Notes: generated from the letters alone by a model not told the origin. Shown: positions 1 to 14,702, counted from the first letter of the stretch. The stretch: DNA of 64,000 nucleotides from Octopus vulgaris (GCA_951406725.2 OX597815.1:89342001-89406000); one strand, 5' to 3'. Program-made: numbers and translations.

Positions 1-110
1 AAAATTACTTTATATTCTTTTAATAAGTTTAGAAGATTCTTTTTCAATTTATTTTTTTAAACAAGTTACATATTCTTTATCAAAATATATATACATACAT
101 ACATATTTAC

Positions 111-268
111 AACGGGCTTCTTTCAGTTTCCGCCTACCAAATCCACTCACAAGGCTTTGGTCAGCCTGAGGCTATAGTAGAAGACACTTGCCCAAGGTGC
201 CTCGCAGTGGTAACGAACCAGGAAACATGTGGTTGGAAAACAATCTTCCTACCACAAAGCTACGCCTG
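111..268 (-). mobile_element. tRNA-derived SINE, 5' part (family A)
   Basis: Matches 20215-20347, 29930-30088 and the reverse complement of 30261-30420 (ttcagtttccg.ctaccaaatccactcacaaggctttggtc...gaagacacttgcccaagg); tRNA-like A/B-box head at the right end. Confidence 0.8.
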
Positions 269-1537
269 TTATATACACACAAACACACACATATGGGTGT
301 GGGCGTGCATGTGTATGTATATCTGTTCAGATATATGTGCAGATCTTTGACCACCAATACGGTGTTGAGCACTCATTCTCATTGTTCGACATTCACGTAC
401 GTGAACACACATATACGTGCACCCACATACTGCACACACATATTCGCACACATACACTCATATATACGATAAGCTGCTGTCAGTCGCCGTCTAGCAAATC
501 CACTCACAAGCTTTTTGTCGGCCCGGAATATATTTAGATGACACCTGACTAAGTGCCACACCGTGGGTCTAGCTTCAAAGCTACATACTAGCTTAAAATC
601 GCCCTCTCGGGCGGCTTTTGTGCTAGTACGTATCTTTTAAGAAACTAACCCCAAATGAGAAGATCTTCAAACAGATCTGTGACTTGTTTTGGAGAATTTG
701 TTGCAATCGTTTCCTCAAGAGTCATATCCTAATGATGATCATATTCGTCGCTGAAAATCATGTAAAAAAAAATCGCTTTAAACAATCGCAGTAATGAATG
801 AAAAATTTCAGGATTGCAGGTCCGTATTCAGCACGGAATGTTTTTAATTTACTCACTGAGTCAGCCTGATTCCAGAATGGTAAGATATGTTTGGATACGG
901 CCTCTAGGAGTAAAGTTCACATTTATTATATTAGATATGTATAATTTGGGGGAAACTCTATTTCAGTTAGTGTATTTTATATATATATATATATATATAT
1001 ACATATGTATGTATAGGTATATGCATATATGAACACACACATACATACACACATATATATCAATGTATTAAAGAAAGCAAAAATAAAGCAAAAATGATAG
1101 TGTTCAGTAGTTGGTTCAGCATGCTGGCCACAGGAATTTCTGTCGAGGGAAGTTGCACGTCATCTCCCTCTTTCTCTCACATCTCTCTTTCTCTTTCTTA
1201 TTACTCACATTGCCACCATCAACACTACTACTTTTAATGAAGCATCATCAACTCTCTCTCTAAATTTCTTTGTCTCTCTTTCTCTCCTTCTCTTTTTCTT
1301 TCCTTCTTTCTTTCTTTCTTTCTTTCTTTCTTTACCTCTTTGTTCGTTTGTTTGTTTGTTTGTCTCTTTCTATCTTCGCCACCGTCATAACCGTCGTTAT
1401 GCTAACTATTACTCTAACCCCAGCACGAAGAAGTTTCATTAAATAGTGAGAGGGGGCAAAGTGTGACACAGTGACACACAGAAATTAGTTTTCGCATTTA
1501 TTAAATTAGATGTGTATGTGTGTATATATGTATGTAT

Positions 1538-1808
1538 GTGCAGATTTGTATGTTTATCTATGTATTCTCATGCATATAGTTGCATATCTAGACATGCTCA
1601 TATATATTTAAATGATAAACATCTGGAAAGTTTTACAGATTATTAAAGTTCCAGTGATGGATTGGATCTGTAGTCCTCCAATTAGCTGTCTCCTTTCTGA
1701 TTTTGAGAAGCCTAATTTCTGAAGATTGGTATTTAGGCAGCGTGTTATGTATCCCAAGGCCTCAATAATTACAGGTATAAACCTGGGCTTGTAATCTGGA
1801 TAGAATAA
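1538..1808 (-). mobile_element. 5'-truncated 3' end of an RLE-type non-LTR retrotransposon, copy 1
   Basis: Minus strand translates to ...YPDYKPRFIPVIIEALGYITRCLNTNLQKLGFSKSERRQLIGGLQIQSITGT..., the IPV(I/V)IG-LG C-terminal RLE signature; homologous to 2994-3266; abuts (TATG)n. Confidence 0.65.
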
Positions 1809-2249
1809 TGTATCTATGTATGAATGTCAGTTCGCTCTTATGTGCCACTGGTAGCATGTAACCCAGTACAACCTGTTGCATGGTCTGGTCGTCGGCGACT
1901 AAACCGGTAACTCCACCAAACTTTCTTGGCGAGGAGGATGACTGTTGGACACCATGCGGGATAAAAAATACAAGACCCGTCAAAGGGCGGAAGAACTGAA
2001 AAAAGTCAACGGCCATGCAATAAATTATGAGAAGTTGTGTTGGGGTATACTTGTGTGTATTCTTTAATGAATTTTTATGAATATTTTATGTGTATTATAT
2101 GCATGGCATATTTTTGTATATATGTATATATTTTAATATTTTATTTGTACTTTGTATTTATGTATTTATATATTTTTTCTTGTTCATATGTGTGATGGTA
2201 TGTATTCCTTATTATTAACTTTGTGGCTGTTAATGTGTGTCTATGTGTG

Positions 2250-2490
2250 TGCCGGTGTAAGTGCATGTAAAACCCCTACCATGGGCGGATAATAGCTCTT
2301 TAGTCTTGGATGAAAAGCTATCTAGGAGAAGGATACTCCGAAATTAAACCTGCAGTCTCAAACAGCAACCATTGATGATGTTCTATTCCACTTTATGGGT
2401 TATGATTCTGGTAATTAAAATTCGATGATATTCTAGGGCATGAAGAAGTCAGGCAATGGCTCTACTAGAAATCGAATTGGTAACCATCAT
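2250..2490 (+). mobile_element. possible RTE-clade LINE 5'UTR fragment
   Basis: tctaggagaaggatactccgaaattaaacc resembles an RTE 5'UTR motif as I recall it; no coding support. Confidence 0.3.
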
Positions 2491-2722
2491 GTATGTATGT
2501 ATGTAAGAATATTTTCATAACTTTGCTAAACCGTAAAGTAATTTCGTTAACCCGATGAATAAAAATAAGACTGAAGTTGTATGTTATACTATTAGATTTT
2601 ATCATTGGGTGCCCAGATGTCTTAATATATATTTATATTCGATTTGTGATAACATGGGAATGTTATAAAGATGTTTTGATTAATTGGAGAGTTCATTCAT
2701 TAAACCTTTCTATGTATATATG

Positions 2723-2756
<34 letters not shown>

Positions 2757-2993
2757 TGTATGTATGTATGTATGTATGTATGTATGTATGTATGTATGTA
2801 TGTAGCTAGGTATGTATGTATGTATGTATGTATGTATGTGTGTATATATATCATTATTCAGTTTATTTCAAGATTTCTTGCCGATAAAGAACCGGTTTCT
2901 AACCTAGATCCAAGGCTACTTCATTGGAATTTCAACAGCAACAATATATTTTTGTGTGTATGTATGTATGTATGTATTTATGTATGTATGTAT

Positions 2994-3266
2994 GTGCAGA
3001 TTTGTATGTTTTATGTGTGTATTCTCATGCATATATTTGCATACCTAGATATGCTCATATATATTTAAATGATCAACTTCAGGAAAGTTTTAAACATTAT
3101 TACAGTTCCAGTGATGGATTGCATCTGTAGTGTTCGAATTAGCTTTCTCCTTTCTGGTTTTGAAAAGCCAAATTTCTGAAGATTGGTATTTAGGCAGTGT
3201 GTTATGTATCCCATTGTCCCAATAGTTACAGGTATAAAACTGAACAAGTAATCTGGGTAGAATAAC
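2994..3266 (-). mobile_element. 5'-truncated 3' end of an RLE-type non-LTR retrotransposon, copy 2
   Basis: ORF 3065..3247 FIPVTIGTMGYITHCLNTNLQKFGFSKPERRKLIRTLQMQSITGT; direct homolog of 1538-1808. Confidence 0.65.
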
Positions 3267-3608
3267 TGAAGATTTCTAAATAGTTCAGCATAGGTGTTCT
3301 CTTTTTCACTGATCTTCGGCTTAATGTATGTATGTATGTATGTATGTATGTATGTATGTATGTATGTGTGTATATACTTTTACTCTTTTACACTTTTACA
3401 TTTGACTGCGACCATACCCGAGCACGGCTTACATATATATATATATGCGTGTGTATGTGTGTGTGTGTGTGTGCATGTGTGTGTATTTGTGTGTGTGTGT
3501 GCTTGTGTGTGTATGTGTGTGTGCGTGTATATATATATATATATTTGTAAGTATGCATATCTATGTATGTATATATATATATACATATATATACAAAATA
3601 TACATTAT

Positions 3609-3677
<69 letters not shown>

Positions 3678-3929
3678 TCTAGGTAAATTCCACAACGGTA
3701 AATTTCATTATAGGTAATATTAATACATTTTAGATCACATTTTATTCCCACATTAAGATAAAAAAAAATGGCGAGTTCATAAAAACTATGCATACAGTTT
3801 AGATCACATTTAATTCACATATTTACATAAAAAATGATCGTGAGTACATTAAAATAAAGTTATGAAAAAAATATTTGAGGTTATCAAAAGTAGAGTTATG
3901 AAAAAAAAATTTGAAGATAATTCTTTTAT

Positions 3930-4860
3930 GACAAATTGCTCGCAATATTTCTTAAAAACAGGAGAATGTTTTCAGATTGATAATTCTGAACTTGCTTCTT
4001 TAGTCGTGCATCAATCTTTTGATAGGCCATTTTTGTTATTGTCGAGTCTCCATGTCGAATGTGCACAATTTACGTGTGGCTTAAGCCATCTTTAGTTTTA
4101 AGGGCATTGCAAAGTTTCCACAAATTTGGATGTGTGGATGTTATCGATGACTGCCAAACAATGTGGAACCCTTCTACCGAATTCTTTGCTCTTGGCATGC
4201 CATTTAAAACGTGGTGGCGTATATTCCAGAGTTGGACAGAAAACTGTGGCGTTTCTCTTCATCGACGAATACCGCGTTCCCTTACAGTCCCAACGTACGA
4301 ATCCTCAAAATAAGTGATAAACTCAGAAGAGATGCTTTCACCACCAGACAAATCTTCACATGAATTGACAGTGTTTTCATTTGGTAAAAGTGCTAAAGTA
4401 CAAAAACACTTAATTCTATGCTCAAGGTTTTCATCCGTGTCGTATCTCATACTCTCACCAAGTGCACATATCTTCCGCCAAGTAGACTATCCGAGTTGAA
4501 AAACACACTCAACTTTCTAAATGCGGAAATACAGAAATACATGAATTGTGGAGGGCTTTTTCAAAGTTCATGAGACAGTTTACATGTCGGGAATTTACAC
4601 TTAAATCCCGCACAGAGGAACGAAACATGATGACTTGAGGCTTCTTTTTTGTCAAGAAGTAAGGCAAAAGTTGGTCACACATAACCCTCTAATGATGATA
4701 TGTAGTGTGAAAAGCTGACACCACAAACTAAGAGACACCTTAAAAGTTTCATCACAGGCCCAACTTTCAGAGCATTTTTGAGAAAAAGACTAAAATTCTG
4801 TCTGAGTCAACAATGCCACTGTTAAAGACCAAAAACAAGGATCCATTTTATAAGTACTTA
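3930..4860 (-). pseudogene. degenerate MULE (Mutator-like) DDE transposase
   Basis: Minus-strand motifs across stops and frameshifts: WACDETFK..QLFTLH, MNFEKALHNS..FP, CFFQLG..WRKI, FITYFEDSYVG, PQFSVQLWN, MPRAKNSVEGFH, HPNLWKL, typical of MULE transposases. Confidence 0.8.
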
Positions 4861-5069
4861 GCTGCATCAGCAACTTCAAACACTGAATGAATAATACAGA
4901 AATCATAGAGCTGTCATGATAAATATTGAACCGCTACCAAGGCTCTCAAACAGCATGAAAAATAGCAACACAATCATGATATATAATATTGCTCTTAGAC
5001 AGATCTGAAGAAATGATCTAACAGCCCCAAATAACTTCATCTATTATACTGCTAAAGTTGTAACTGCTC

Positions 5070-7740
5070 AACTAGGTATCAGGACGATACAGAAAAGGAC
5101 CAGCCATGTCAATAGCAGCAATAGAAAACAATATCGAATATTTGAAGGCGGATGTACCAGTTCTCGATGAACTTGATATATGAGTAAATGTTAAGAAGAA
5201 ACAAGCTAGAAAAAAATCAAGCAAAAATATAAAAATCAAAGATTCTGTAAATCTCCCGGCAACCAAGGAAATAGTGAAATGAATACAAGAGAAAACCCAA
5301 CGGCTCAGACAGTTTGACGAAAGAATCAAATTTTATCGACAAAACCAGGTATTCAAGGCCGATGCAAAAACATTTTATAGGGAAATTGGCAAAAGCAAGA
5401 TAGAAGAAAAGGAGCCACCTAAGACTGTCGAAATCGAAGAGTTCTGGAAGAAGAGATAGAGCAATATAATGCAGAAGCTCACTGGATAGGATGTGAAAAA
5501 GTCAGTCTGGGTGAAGTTGAAGTGGAGAAATGAGAGGCAATAGGAGTAGAACTAAGATGTGTTCTTAAAAAAGTCTCACAAATGGAAAATTCTAGGACTG
5601 GACCGGGTCCCTAACTTCTCGCTGAGTTGTTTGACAGAAGTACACAAACATTTTTTTCTGCATCCTTAAGTGATGTCATCCAAAATCCAGAGCAAAATCA
5701 TGGCTGACCGAAAGAACAACGTAACTATTAGCGAAAACTGAAGACACGAAAAATCTAAAGAACTACCGACCAATAACATGTCTCAAAACCACTTACAAGA
5801 TCCTTACATTGATACTAACTGAAAGAATATACACTTTACTTGAAAAGAACTCTATTTTTCCATAAGCTCAAAATGGTTGTAAAAGGAATTTTTATGGATG
5901 CAAATAATTCTAGAGAATTGCCGGAGCAAAAAGAAAAACCTGAGTATGGCATGGATAGATGACAAGAAAGCGTTTGATAGTGTCCCACATAATTGTCTAC
6001 TAAAGGCCCCTGAGATATATACGATCTATCCTGTCATCTCCACATTCTTACAAGGTAGCATGGCCAAGTGGAATACACGTCTCCTTCTGCATCATAGTAA
6101 TGAGATGAACCAATCAGACATCATCAAACGAGGCATCGTTGAAGGTGACTTCCTCTCCCCATTACACTATTTCAAGGCACTGATCCCAATCTTCAACGAA
6201 CTAAGTAACACCAGGCATGGTTTCAAAGTGTATATAATAGTAAGCGATCTGAAGCTGTTTGCTAGAAATGATGAAGAGCTAATAGGGCTCTTAACAACTG
6301 TTAGAGATTTCGGCAGTGACATTGGGTGGGATTTTGGCCTTGATAATTGTGCTAAAGCAACTTTTGTAAGAGGCAAGCTCAAACAGCTCCATTAAATTAG
6401 ATACTGACACTCCCATCAAGAAGCTTGACTCACAAGAAAGCTATAAATACTTGGGTATAAACGAATTAGATGGTACACAACATGCTACTATGAAGGAGAA
6501 AATAAGAAAGGAGTATTACAGGAGAGTAAGACTTATACTGAACTCAACCCCAAAAATCGCATCGAAGCCATTAACACCCTGGCACTTCCAGTAGTCCAAT
6601 ACAGTTTCAACATCATTAACTGGAATGGTAAAGAGCTCCAACGCCCGGACAGGAAGACAAGAAAACTATTAATATCTTAGAACATGCACCACCCAAAAGC
6701 AGGAGTTGATCATCTGTACCTGTCTAGATGCAATGGGGAAAGAGGAATGATGCGGGCAGAAAGTACCATAAGACACCCACAGTAGAAATGAACAAGTACT
6801 TATCTAGTACAGAGGATTGGATACTGCAGCTTGAATGCAAACACAAAAGAGGCAAGAAAATCATATTATATGGTCAGGAATCTTGCAAATTCGCAAGGAA
6901 TTTCGGTTTGGCATTAATCTTGAATTAAATGAAGAACCTGAAACCTTTGCCACCAAACAGCCAAAACAGATAAAAGAGACAGCAAAATCGAACGGGAAGA
7001 AATAAATTGAGAAGCGGTGGAGTTAGAAGCCTCTGCATGGACAGTATATATTTCGAAGCTGAAATGCTTATGTAGACCACACAACAACCTATCAGTGGCT
7101 GAGAAGCTTAGGCCTGAAAGCAGAAACTGAAGGTTTCATATTAGCGGCACAAGATCAAAGCTTACTTACCAGAAACTACCAGGCTAGCGTTATTCAAAAC
7201 GGTTCTGACCCTAAATGAAAATTCTGCAATAAATTTGATGAGACAATAAACCATCTCGTCTCGGAATGTCTTGTGCGGATAACAAACAAACAGAGAAATC
7301 GCCGCGATATGGGAGGACTGTATTTACATTGAAAAATATGTAAACACTGCTTACTAGTATGAACATCAACCTGAGTCAGTCGTTGAAGGTTAAAATGTCA
7401 CTATACTCTGGGATTTTCCACTCAACACTGACAGAAAGATGCAGGTTAAGCAGCCACACATAATTATTAAAAAACATGAAAGAAAATACTTGTAGACTAA
7501 TAGATGAAAGTGTACCCACTAACAGAAATATATCTCTAAAGGAATTTGACAAGTTAATTGAATATAAGGACCTGGAAATGGAAATACAAAACATGTAGCA
7601 TCTTAAAGCGAGAACACCCTGTTAGTATGGATGCCCTAGGTATCACAACAAAGGGATGCCAGAAACATCTAGATAATATCCCAGGAGAAGCGTGTCTCAG
7701 AGGAATCCAAAAGATTGTTCTAACAAGTACTGCCCACGTC
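5070..7740 (+). mobile_element. old R4/Dong-like RLE non-LTR retrotransposon (RT + zinc knuckle + RLE), disrupted
   Basis: NYRPITCL, MAWID.KKAFDSVPH, GIVEGDFLSPL, DLKLFA, FGLDNCA, SYKYLG, GLKAETEGFILAAQDQSL, TILWDF, IQKIVLTSTAH; many stops and frameshifts. Confidence 0.9.
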
Positions 7741-8192
<452 letters not shown>

Positions 8193-9390
8193 TAAAAGAA
8201 AACTACTATAAAATAACCACCATAGGACTGCAAAAATATCTACTTCAGAAGGAAGGAAAACTGATCCAGATTGCAGCAAAACACGAGCAAAACAAAAGAC
8301 TGTTCTCAGTATTTAAGGAAGCTGACAAATACAAACAAGAAATCATACCACCTAATAAACATGAAGAAGAAGAAGAAGAAGAAGAAGAAGAAGAAGAAGA
8401 AGAAGAAGAAGAAGAAGAAGAAGAAGAAGAAGAAGAAGAAGAAGAAGAAGAAGAAACAACAAAAGCTATAAAACAAATGAAATCCAAACTAAACATAGAA
8501 CAGCAACGAACCATGATAAAACGATGGCAAGAAAAGCCCCTTCATGGTAAATACTGGACTAAACTAAACGCAAAAGAAATAGACAAAGAAAAATCCCAGA
8601 AATGGTTGAGAAGCTCAGGACTCAAAGCAGAAACAGAGGGATTTTTAATTGCAGCACAAGACCAAAGCCTCCCCACCATAAATTACCAAAAACATGTAAT
8701 GAAAAGAAATATTACAAGTAACTGCAGAATATGTGGAGATGGACAAGAAATAATAAATCATATTATCTCTAGCTGCCCAGTCCTGGCTAAGAAGGAATAT
8801 ATTCACAGACATGACAGAGTTGGAACCTACATACATTGGAAGCTATGCCAACATTATGGAATAACAACAGAAAAAAGATGGTATAGGCACACACCAGAAA
8901 AGGTCACAGAAAACGAGAAAGCAACCATACTCTGGGATATGCCGATACACACAGATAGAGAAATTAAGGCCAACAGACCAGATATAGTTGTCAGAGATCA
9001 TGAAGAAAAAAAATGCTTTCTAATTGATGTATCAATACCGGCAGATGACAACGTGTCTCTAAAAGAAATGGAGAAACTCTCAAAATACAAAGACCTGGAA
9101 ATAGAGGTAACTAGAATGTGGAATCTGAAAACAGAAACAATTCCTATCATAGTAGGTGCATTAGGCATGATAAAAAAATATTCAGACAAATACATAACAA
9201 AAACACCAGGACTTACAAACACATATAACATACAGAAAATTGCACTACTAGGCACTGCACACATCCTACGCAGAACACTTTCCATACAATAACCATCAGA
9301 GCATCACAACAAATCACAGCACATACCCAAGGCACACAGAGCTGCGCTCGGTAGTGAAGTGAAAGCACGCTATAAAAATAAAACTACTGA
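8193..9390 (+). mobile_element. young 5'-truncated R4/Dong-like element (open C-terminal ORF to 9292 plus 3'UTR)
   Basis: Uninterrupted frame with KPLHGKY, GLKAETEGFLIAAQDQSL, CRICG..E.INHIISSC (CCHC), RHDRV, ILWD..IHTD....NRPDIV, LIDVSIP, KLSKYKDL (PD-(D/E)xK RLE); flanked by (TAA)n on both sides. Confidence 0.93.
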
Positions 9391-9406
9391 ATAATAATAA
9401 TAATAC

Positions 9407-9499
<93 letters not shown>

Positions 9500-9501
9500 T
9501 G

Positions 9502-9599
<98 letters not shown>

Positions 9600-9600
9600 A
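9390..9600. repeat. compound (TAA)n/(TGA)n/(GAA)n microsatellite
   Basis: Direct reading. Confidence 0.95.
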
Positions 9601-9746
9601 TCTACAGTCACTTGTGGATTTAGTGAAATTAATGTAAACTTGACCAGAAATATTGTTTTTTTCCATACTGGGCAACACTGCTCTATTTTCCTTATACTGT
9701 TTATCCAAATGTTGAGAAGAAGAAGAAGAAGAAGAAGAAGAAGAAG

Positions 9747-9776
<30 letters not shown>

Positions 9777-9778
<2 letters not shown>

Positions 9779-10440
9779 GGAGCAAGTGTTTCCGTTGTGC
9801 CACATTTGCAATAGAGTGGATGAAACCGTTTCACCATATCATGAACAAATGCCCTAGACTTACCGAAAATTACTATAACTTGTGGCGATACGATCAGGGG
9901 CCGAACGTGATACACTGGAAAATGTGGGCTAGAAAGAGGCAAGGCGTAGTATGAGCACTAACCGCAGGGACTGGCGGAGTCGGAGACTAGCAAAACCCTT
10001 TGGGATTTCCCAATCCAAACAGATCAGGTACAAGAGCATAACAGACCGGAGCTAGTGGTGGTGGACAAGATGCATCACAAATGCTATATAATTGATGTTG
10101 CATGCCCCTTTGAACCACGAATATTCAAGAAGGAAGGCGGAAAGATAAATACAACCCCCTTAAGTACGAAATAGTCCGGCTATAGAAAATGAAGAAGGTG
10201 AAGATAGTGCCAATTATTGTTGAGTGCTTGGGAACCGTATGAGAAGGTATCAAGGAGAATATAAAGGAAATTTGAATAGAGTACCTAGTAGAACTGCTAC
10301 AGAAGTTTCGCCTCCTTGGCACGGCTAGAATAATCAGGAATGTATTACGCAGCTGAAAAAGAACGGATAGCCTAATACCGTAGGGTCCAGATAGAATTTC
10401 CACTACGCATGCAAGGCTCCAGGTAAACAAGCACGGTTTT
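9777..10440 (+). mobile_element. degenerate 3' end of a further R4/Dong-like family
   Basis: CHICNRVDET..HIMNKCPRL, LWDFPIQTD..QEHNRPELVVVDK..CYIIDVACPF, KIVPIIV, LGTARIIRNVL across frameshifts. Confidence 0.8.
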
Positions 10441-10479
10441 CCACCATAGCATGCAGATTCCCAGGTCTCCAGTATTTGC

Positions 10480-11032
10480 AACTGTCGCGGTTATTTGAAC
10501 CATTTACTTTGAATGTGGCCTCATCACTTCACACAATCTCTGTTGGAAAATGTACCACTCGCAATACTGCACTCTTCGGTCTGGATAATCGTCATTAATA
10601 GCAGGGTCTCTTCTTGAAACGTAACTTTTCCATTGTCAACGCTTCAAAATGCATTGAGCAGACGATTTTGAAATACCTACCTCACGACTCGCTTGCCACA
10701 CTTTGGTGATACACTTCCAGCACTCATTGCTTTGTGTGGATTGTCAATAATCGTGGTCTTGCGGAACGCTTGGACAGTTCCATCGGCTTCAAACGTATCT
10801 CCAATTCGAGTGATGGGAAATCGCGTTGGGGAATCTATTCGAAACTCCCTCCTAAACTATCTTTGCACTTCAACAGCGTTTTCACACTTCCAGTAGCATT
10901 TGAGAAAGAATTTCCTTTGTTTAAAGCTTAGTCTGACTGCTATCATTAATTCCAATGGGTTTAATCTGGAAAGAAAATCATCAATTGAGTTGTCACCTGC
11001 TAAAGTGTGCATACATTTTTTGGGACACCATG
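10480..11032 (-). pseudogene. Tc1/mariner-superfamily transposase 5' remnant (DUF4817-like HTH)
   Basis: Minus strand: LSFKQRKFFLKCYWKCENAVEVQR.FRREF...FEADGTV and [14 protein letters not shown] (first catalytic D region). Confidence 0.7.
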
Positions 11033-14000
11033 TGTATATGAGAGAAAGAGGGAGAGAGAGATAAGTATGGATAAATATGCGTTTATATTATAGTTCCAAC
11101 GCTCGTTTAACCGTTTAATTGTTTGTAGCTCAGTACCAGTTGTTCCAAATGCAGTCTTTTTGCGCATAGTAGAAATATATCTGTTCAGTGTCACCTGTAC
11201 TGTTTGTGTTTCTTATAATGATTGAAATCGTGCGGTGAACACCATAAGCGATTAACGTTATACTTACAAATATCGTCATTAAGTCAATGAAGAAAATTAT
11301 TACTGTAGTGCCGCAGAAGCATGTCTATCATATTGACGTCGTTAAAAAAGACAGAAATATAAGTTGTGATGTAAGAGAAATAATTGAAATAACATTTGTA
11401 TATTGCTCGTACGTATCCTATCGAGTTCCAAAGGGAAGAAATAATTGGTTTCCCGATAATACGTAATGGGAAGAGACTAAAAACTACACTGTCGTGTTAA
11501 CAGTTCTTGCTTTCCATATTTTAACCTAATACAGAACACACACACACACCTATACGCACGTACACATACACATTTAACACTGGTTATGAAGACTGCGGTA
11601 AAAACATTAACTATATATAAAATTAGTTTGGGAGCTAAGAACCTGAGATGGTCAACTTTCACAAATTAGAGACTAGAGCGTACGATCCTCATTTTATTAT
11701 CTACAATGATATTGTTTGAAACAAGATGTTTACGCATCGCAAAACATGTAACGTTCACTAGAATCTTTAGACATCTTCTGTCATTAACTATAACACATTA
11801 GGCGTTTTCTTGCGCAGCAATGATTTAACAATTCACTTTATTATACTAAATTGTATAATTCTTAATTTGTCTTAATTTGCAGCTTAAATCAATAATGTCT
11901 ATTTACCAAAGAAACGAACTTAAATAATTTTATGCGCAGTGTATAAAAAGTTCTGATTAACTCATTATTCCTGTAGCGATCGAATAATTATCATTAACTT
12001 TGATGTCGATTCATTATAATAATTATGCATATTTTCTAATTTAAAAGTTTTAGACTCACTCTAGAAGAAAGAAAAAATAAAACAAGAAAGAAATACCCAC
12101 TAAAAAAACCATAATTTATTTTGAGGAAGTTAATTGAAGGAATTTATGATTTATACAAACCTATGGTCAGATACGATGTTATTTTATGTAGTTTTTTTAC
12201 ATTTGGTTCACCTTTGCTTTTGTAAGAACGTATCTTGTATAATTTTCAACGTAATCTTATCTTTTATTCGACTTTGAATTCTTTCCGATTAACACCAGTC
12301 GTATTCATTTTAAAGTTGTAAAATACTCCTTATTTCAATTGTTATCATTTTTATGGCTGATGATTAATTAAAAACTGAAAAGCTGATTATGGAAAACATA
12401 GTGGACATAATCACTCTGTCAAGCGAAATAAAGCAGCTGAACTTATAAAAGTATTGTGTAAATTTATTTTAAATTCTATTCACCGTTAATGATAATAATA
12501 AACTATGTGGAGATATCTTAATTAAAGCGTGTAACAGTCGGACGTGAGATAATTAAAACAGTTTATCGGTTGGTGTCAGTTTTACGTCATAAAGTACTCG
12601 GTTTGTAGAATACTAATCATATTTAGTTATTATTACAAGTATCAAAATGATGATTTAAGAGAAAAGCATTGAATATTCCTAAGTGTCAAAATTAAATGAA
12701 TACAATATGAAAAACCAGTATCACATTTCTTGTGGTGAAGATACAATAAGAATAGTATATTTCAACATTGGTGCACAAGGAACACAACAAACAAGGAAGC
12801 ATTTCAAAATCAACATTATAAATGTTACCTTCATCATTTATGAATGTGTACTTATAATTTCATATAATTTTCAGAATTTCATTTGGATGCTTTTGAAGAT
12901 GATTGCTGATATAATGATGTCAAAATAAGTATAAAAATCCGAAATTGCCTTTAAAATAATAGAATCCTATTACATAGTAGATCAGAAGGATCTGTAAATG
13001 TTTTCCTAAACGACATTATGAATGAGGCAGTTGAAGGGAGAGACATGATATTTTCTTTGTTTGACGAAATAAAGGCTTTCATAAAAAGAATACCTTATTG
13101 TAATGTACCATAATTAGGTAATGAGTAACAGAGTATGCTATGTAAAAATATTACGAGATATGACATGCTAGGTATAATTTCACAGTCGGTCGGCCGTCGT
13201 AACAATTAATTCTGAGTAGTTTGTTTTTATGTTTAAAACAGACTGTGGCTGACAATACTACGTACAATTACCAGGAAATACTGCAAGATTACCAAAGTAT
13301 TGTGTTGGCAGTTTAGTTTGTTTGCTAGAAATAGTTCCTATTACATATGTTTACACAAAGAAAAGTTATCATGCAGTGTCTTTATTAATATATGGCATTT
13401 TGAAATTACAATTGTTGAAGAATAAAATTCGATGCTAAGCAGGAAAATTATATGAACATAAAGAACAAAACCAATATTAGCAAAGACAATCATTAGGCTA
13501 GAAATTTAGGCATTTACGGAACAAAGTATGTGTTATGTTTCATTACAATATCCTCAATGAAGATTTAAAAAGTGTAGACTTCAATATATGCTTTTCAAGT
13601 AATGATAGAAAAATCTTGAAGACTATAGTATAAACACTTGCCCAATGTGACGCAAAGTGGGACTGAACGTAAAACCTCATAGTTAGCAAGCGTATCAACA
13701 ACACAGATGCACCTGCACCTGTATGGTTCATTCTCGCGAGACAGATTTGAACCATATATATGTATCAGAATATTTACACATTTCTATTGTGAATATTTTA
13801 CTAGAGAATGGAGCACTTCTATTGCAAAGTTTGATATATCTAACATATAGTTTATATATCTTACACAGTACGACTAGAATAGTATTTAAATGTTCCTTTA
13901 ATAAGACTATGATCACCATGAAACAGTCGATATTTTCTGGAAAATTTCAGTCCGCATGTTCATACAATTTTTCGAAGCAATTCAGTCTGTCGATCTGTTG

Positions 14001-14082
14001 AGAGAAAACAACTCATTCGAGTTTTTTTTTTTACTATAACCCGGAATACTATTAATAGCCGACGTAAAATTTTACTTTTCCT

Positions 14083-14254
14083 CTCCAATGATGAGCGTTA
14101 GACGTAAGAACCATTAATTAAGATCTGGAGCAGTTTTAATTAGATATCTATTAAAATATCAACTTATATAGAATGTGTTGTACTCACTATACTTACATCT
14201 GTAACTGCACTTATATTTAAATTGTAACTATTGTAACTATTTTGAGGTAATACC

Positions 14255-14305
<51 letters not shown>

Positions 14306-14510
14306 TATATATGTATGTATGTATGTATGTATATATATATGTATACACACACACATACACATACACATACACACACACATATATATACAGATATGGTCAT
14401 ATAATTTTACACTTCACTGATGAATTCTAGACGTGTAAAACATTAATTAACGTCTTGAGCAATTTTAATTAGATATTTTTCATAATATTCAATAGTATAA
14501 ATTGTGTTGT
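14083..14510 (+). repeat. two diverged direct copies (14083-14180, 14412-14510) of a degenerate HHR-bearing repeat flanking (TA)n
   Basis: ctcca-aTGATGA-gcgt.tag.acgt-aagaacc-attaattaa-gatc-tggag versus cttca-CTGATGA...aaaac-attaattaa-cgtc-ttgag; shared downstream ttttaattagatat...tgtgttgt. Confidence 0.45.
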
Positions 14511-14702
14511 TTCGAGTAAATTTAAAAGGATGTGTTGTTAAAGAGGACGGTTGGAAAATACGTGATTAGGTGTTCGGTGCCATTGTGTCTGTAGCATCTT
14601 GAGCTAGTGTCTCTTACTGACTAATGCATAGCGAATAAAATTGGATGAGAAAATATGTATAGAAGTCTCACGTGTGTGTGTGTACATATATATGTTTATG
14701 TG

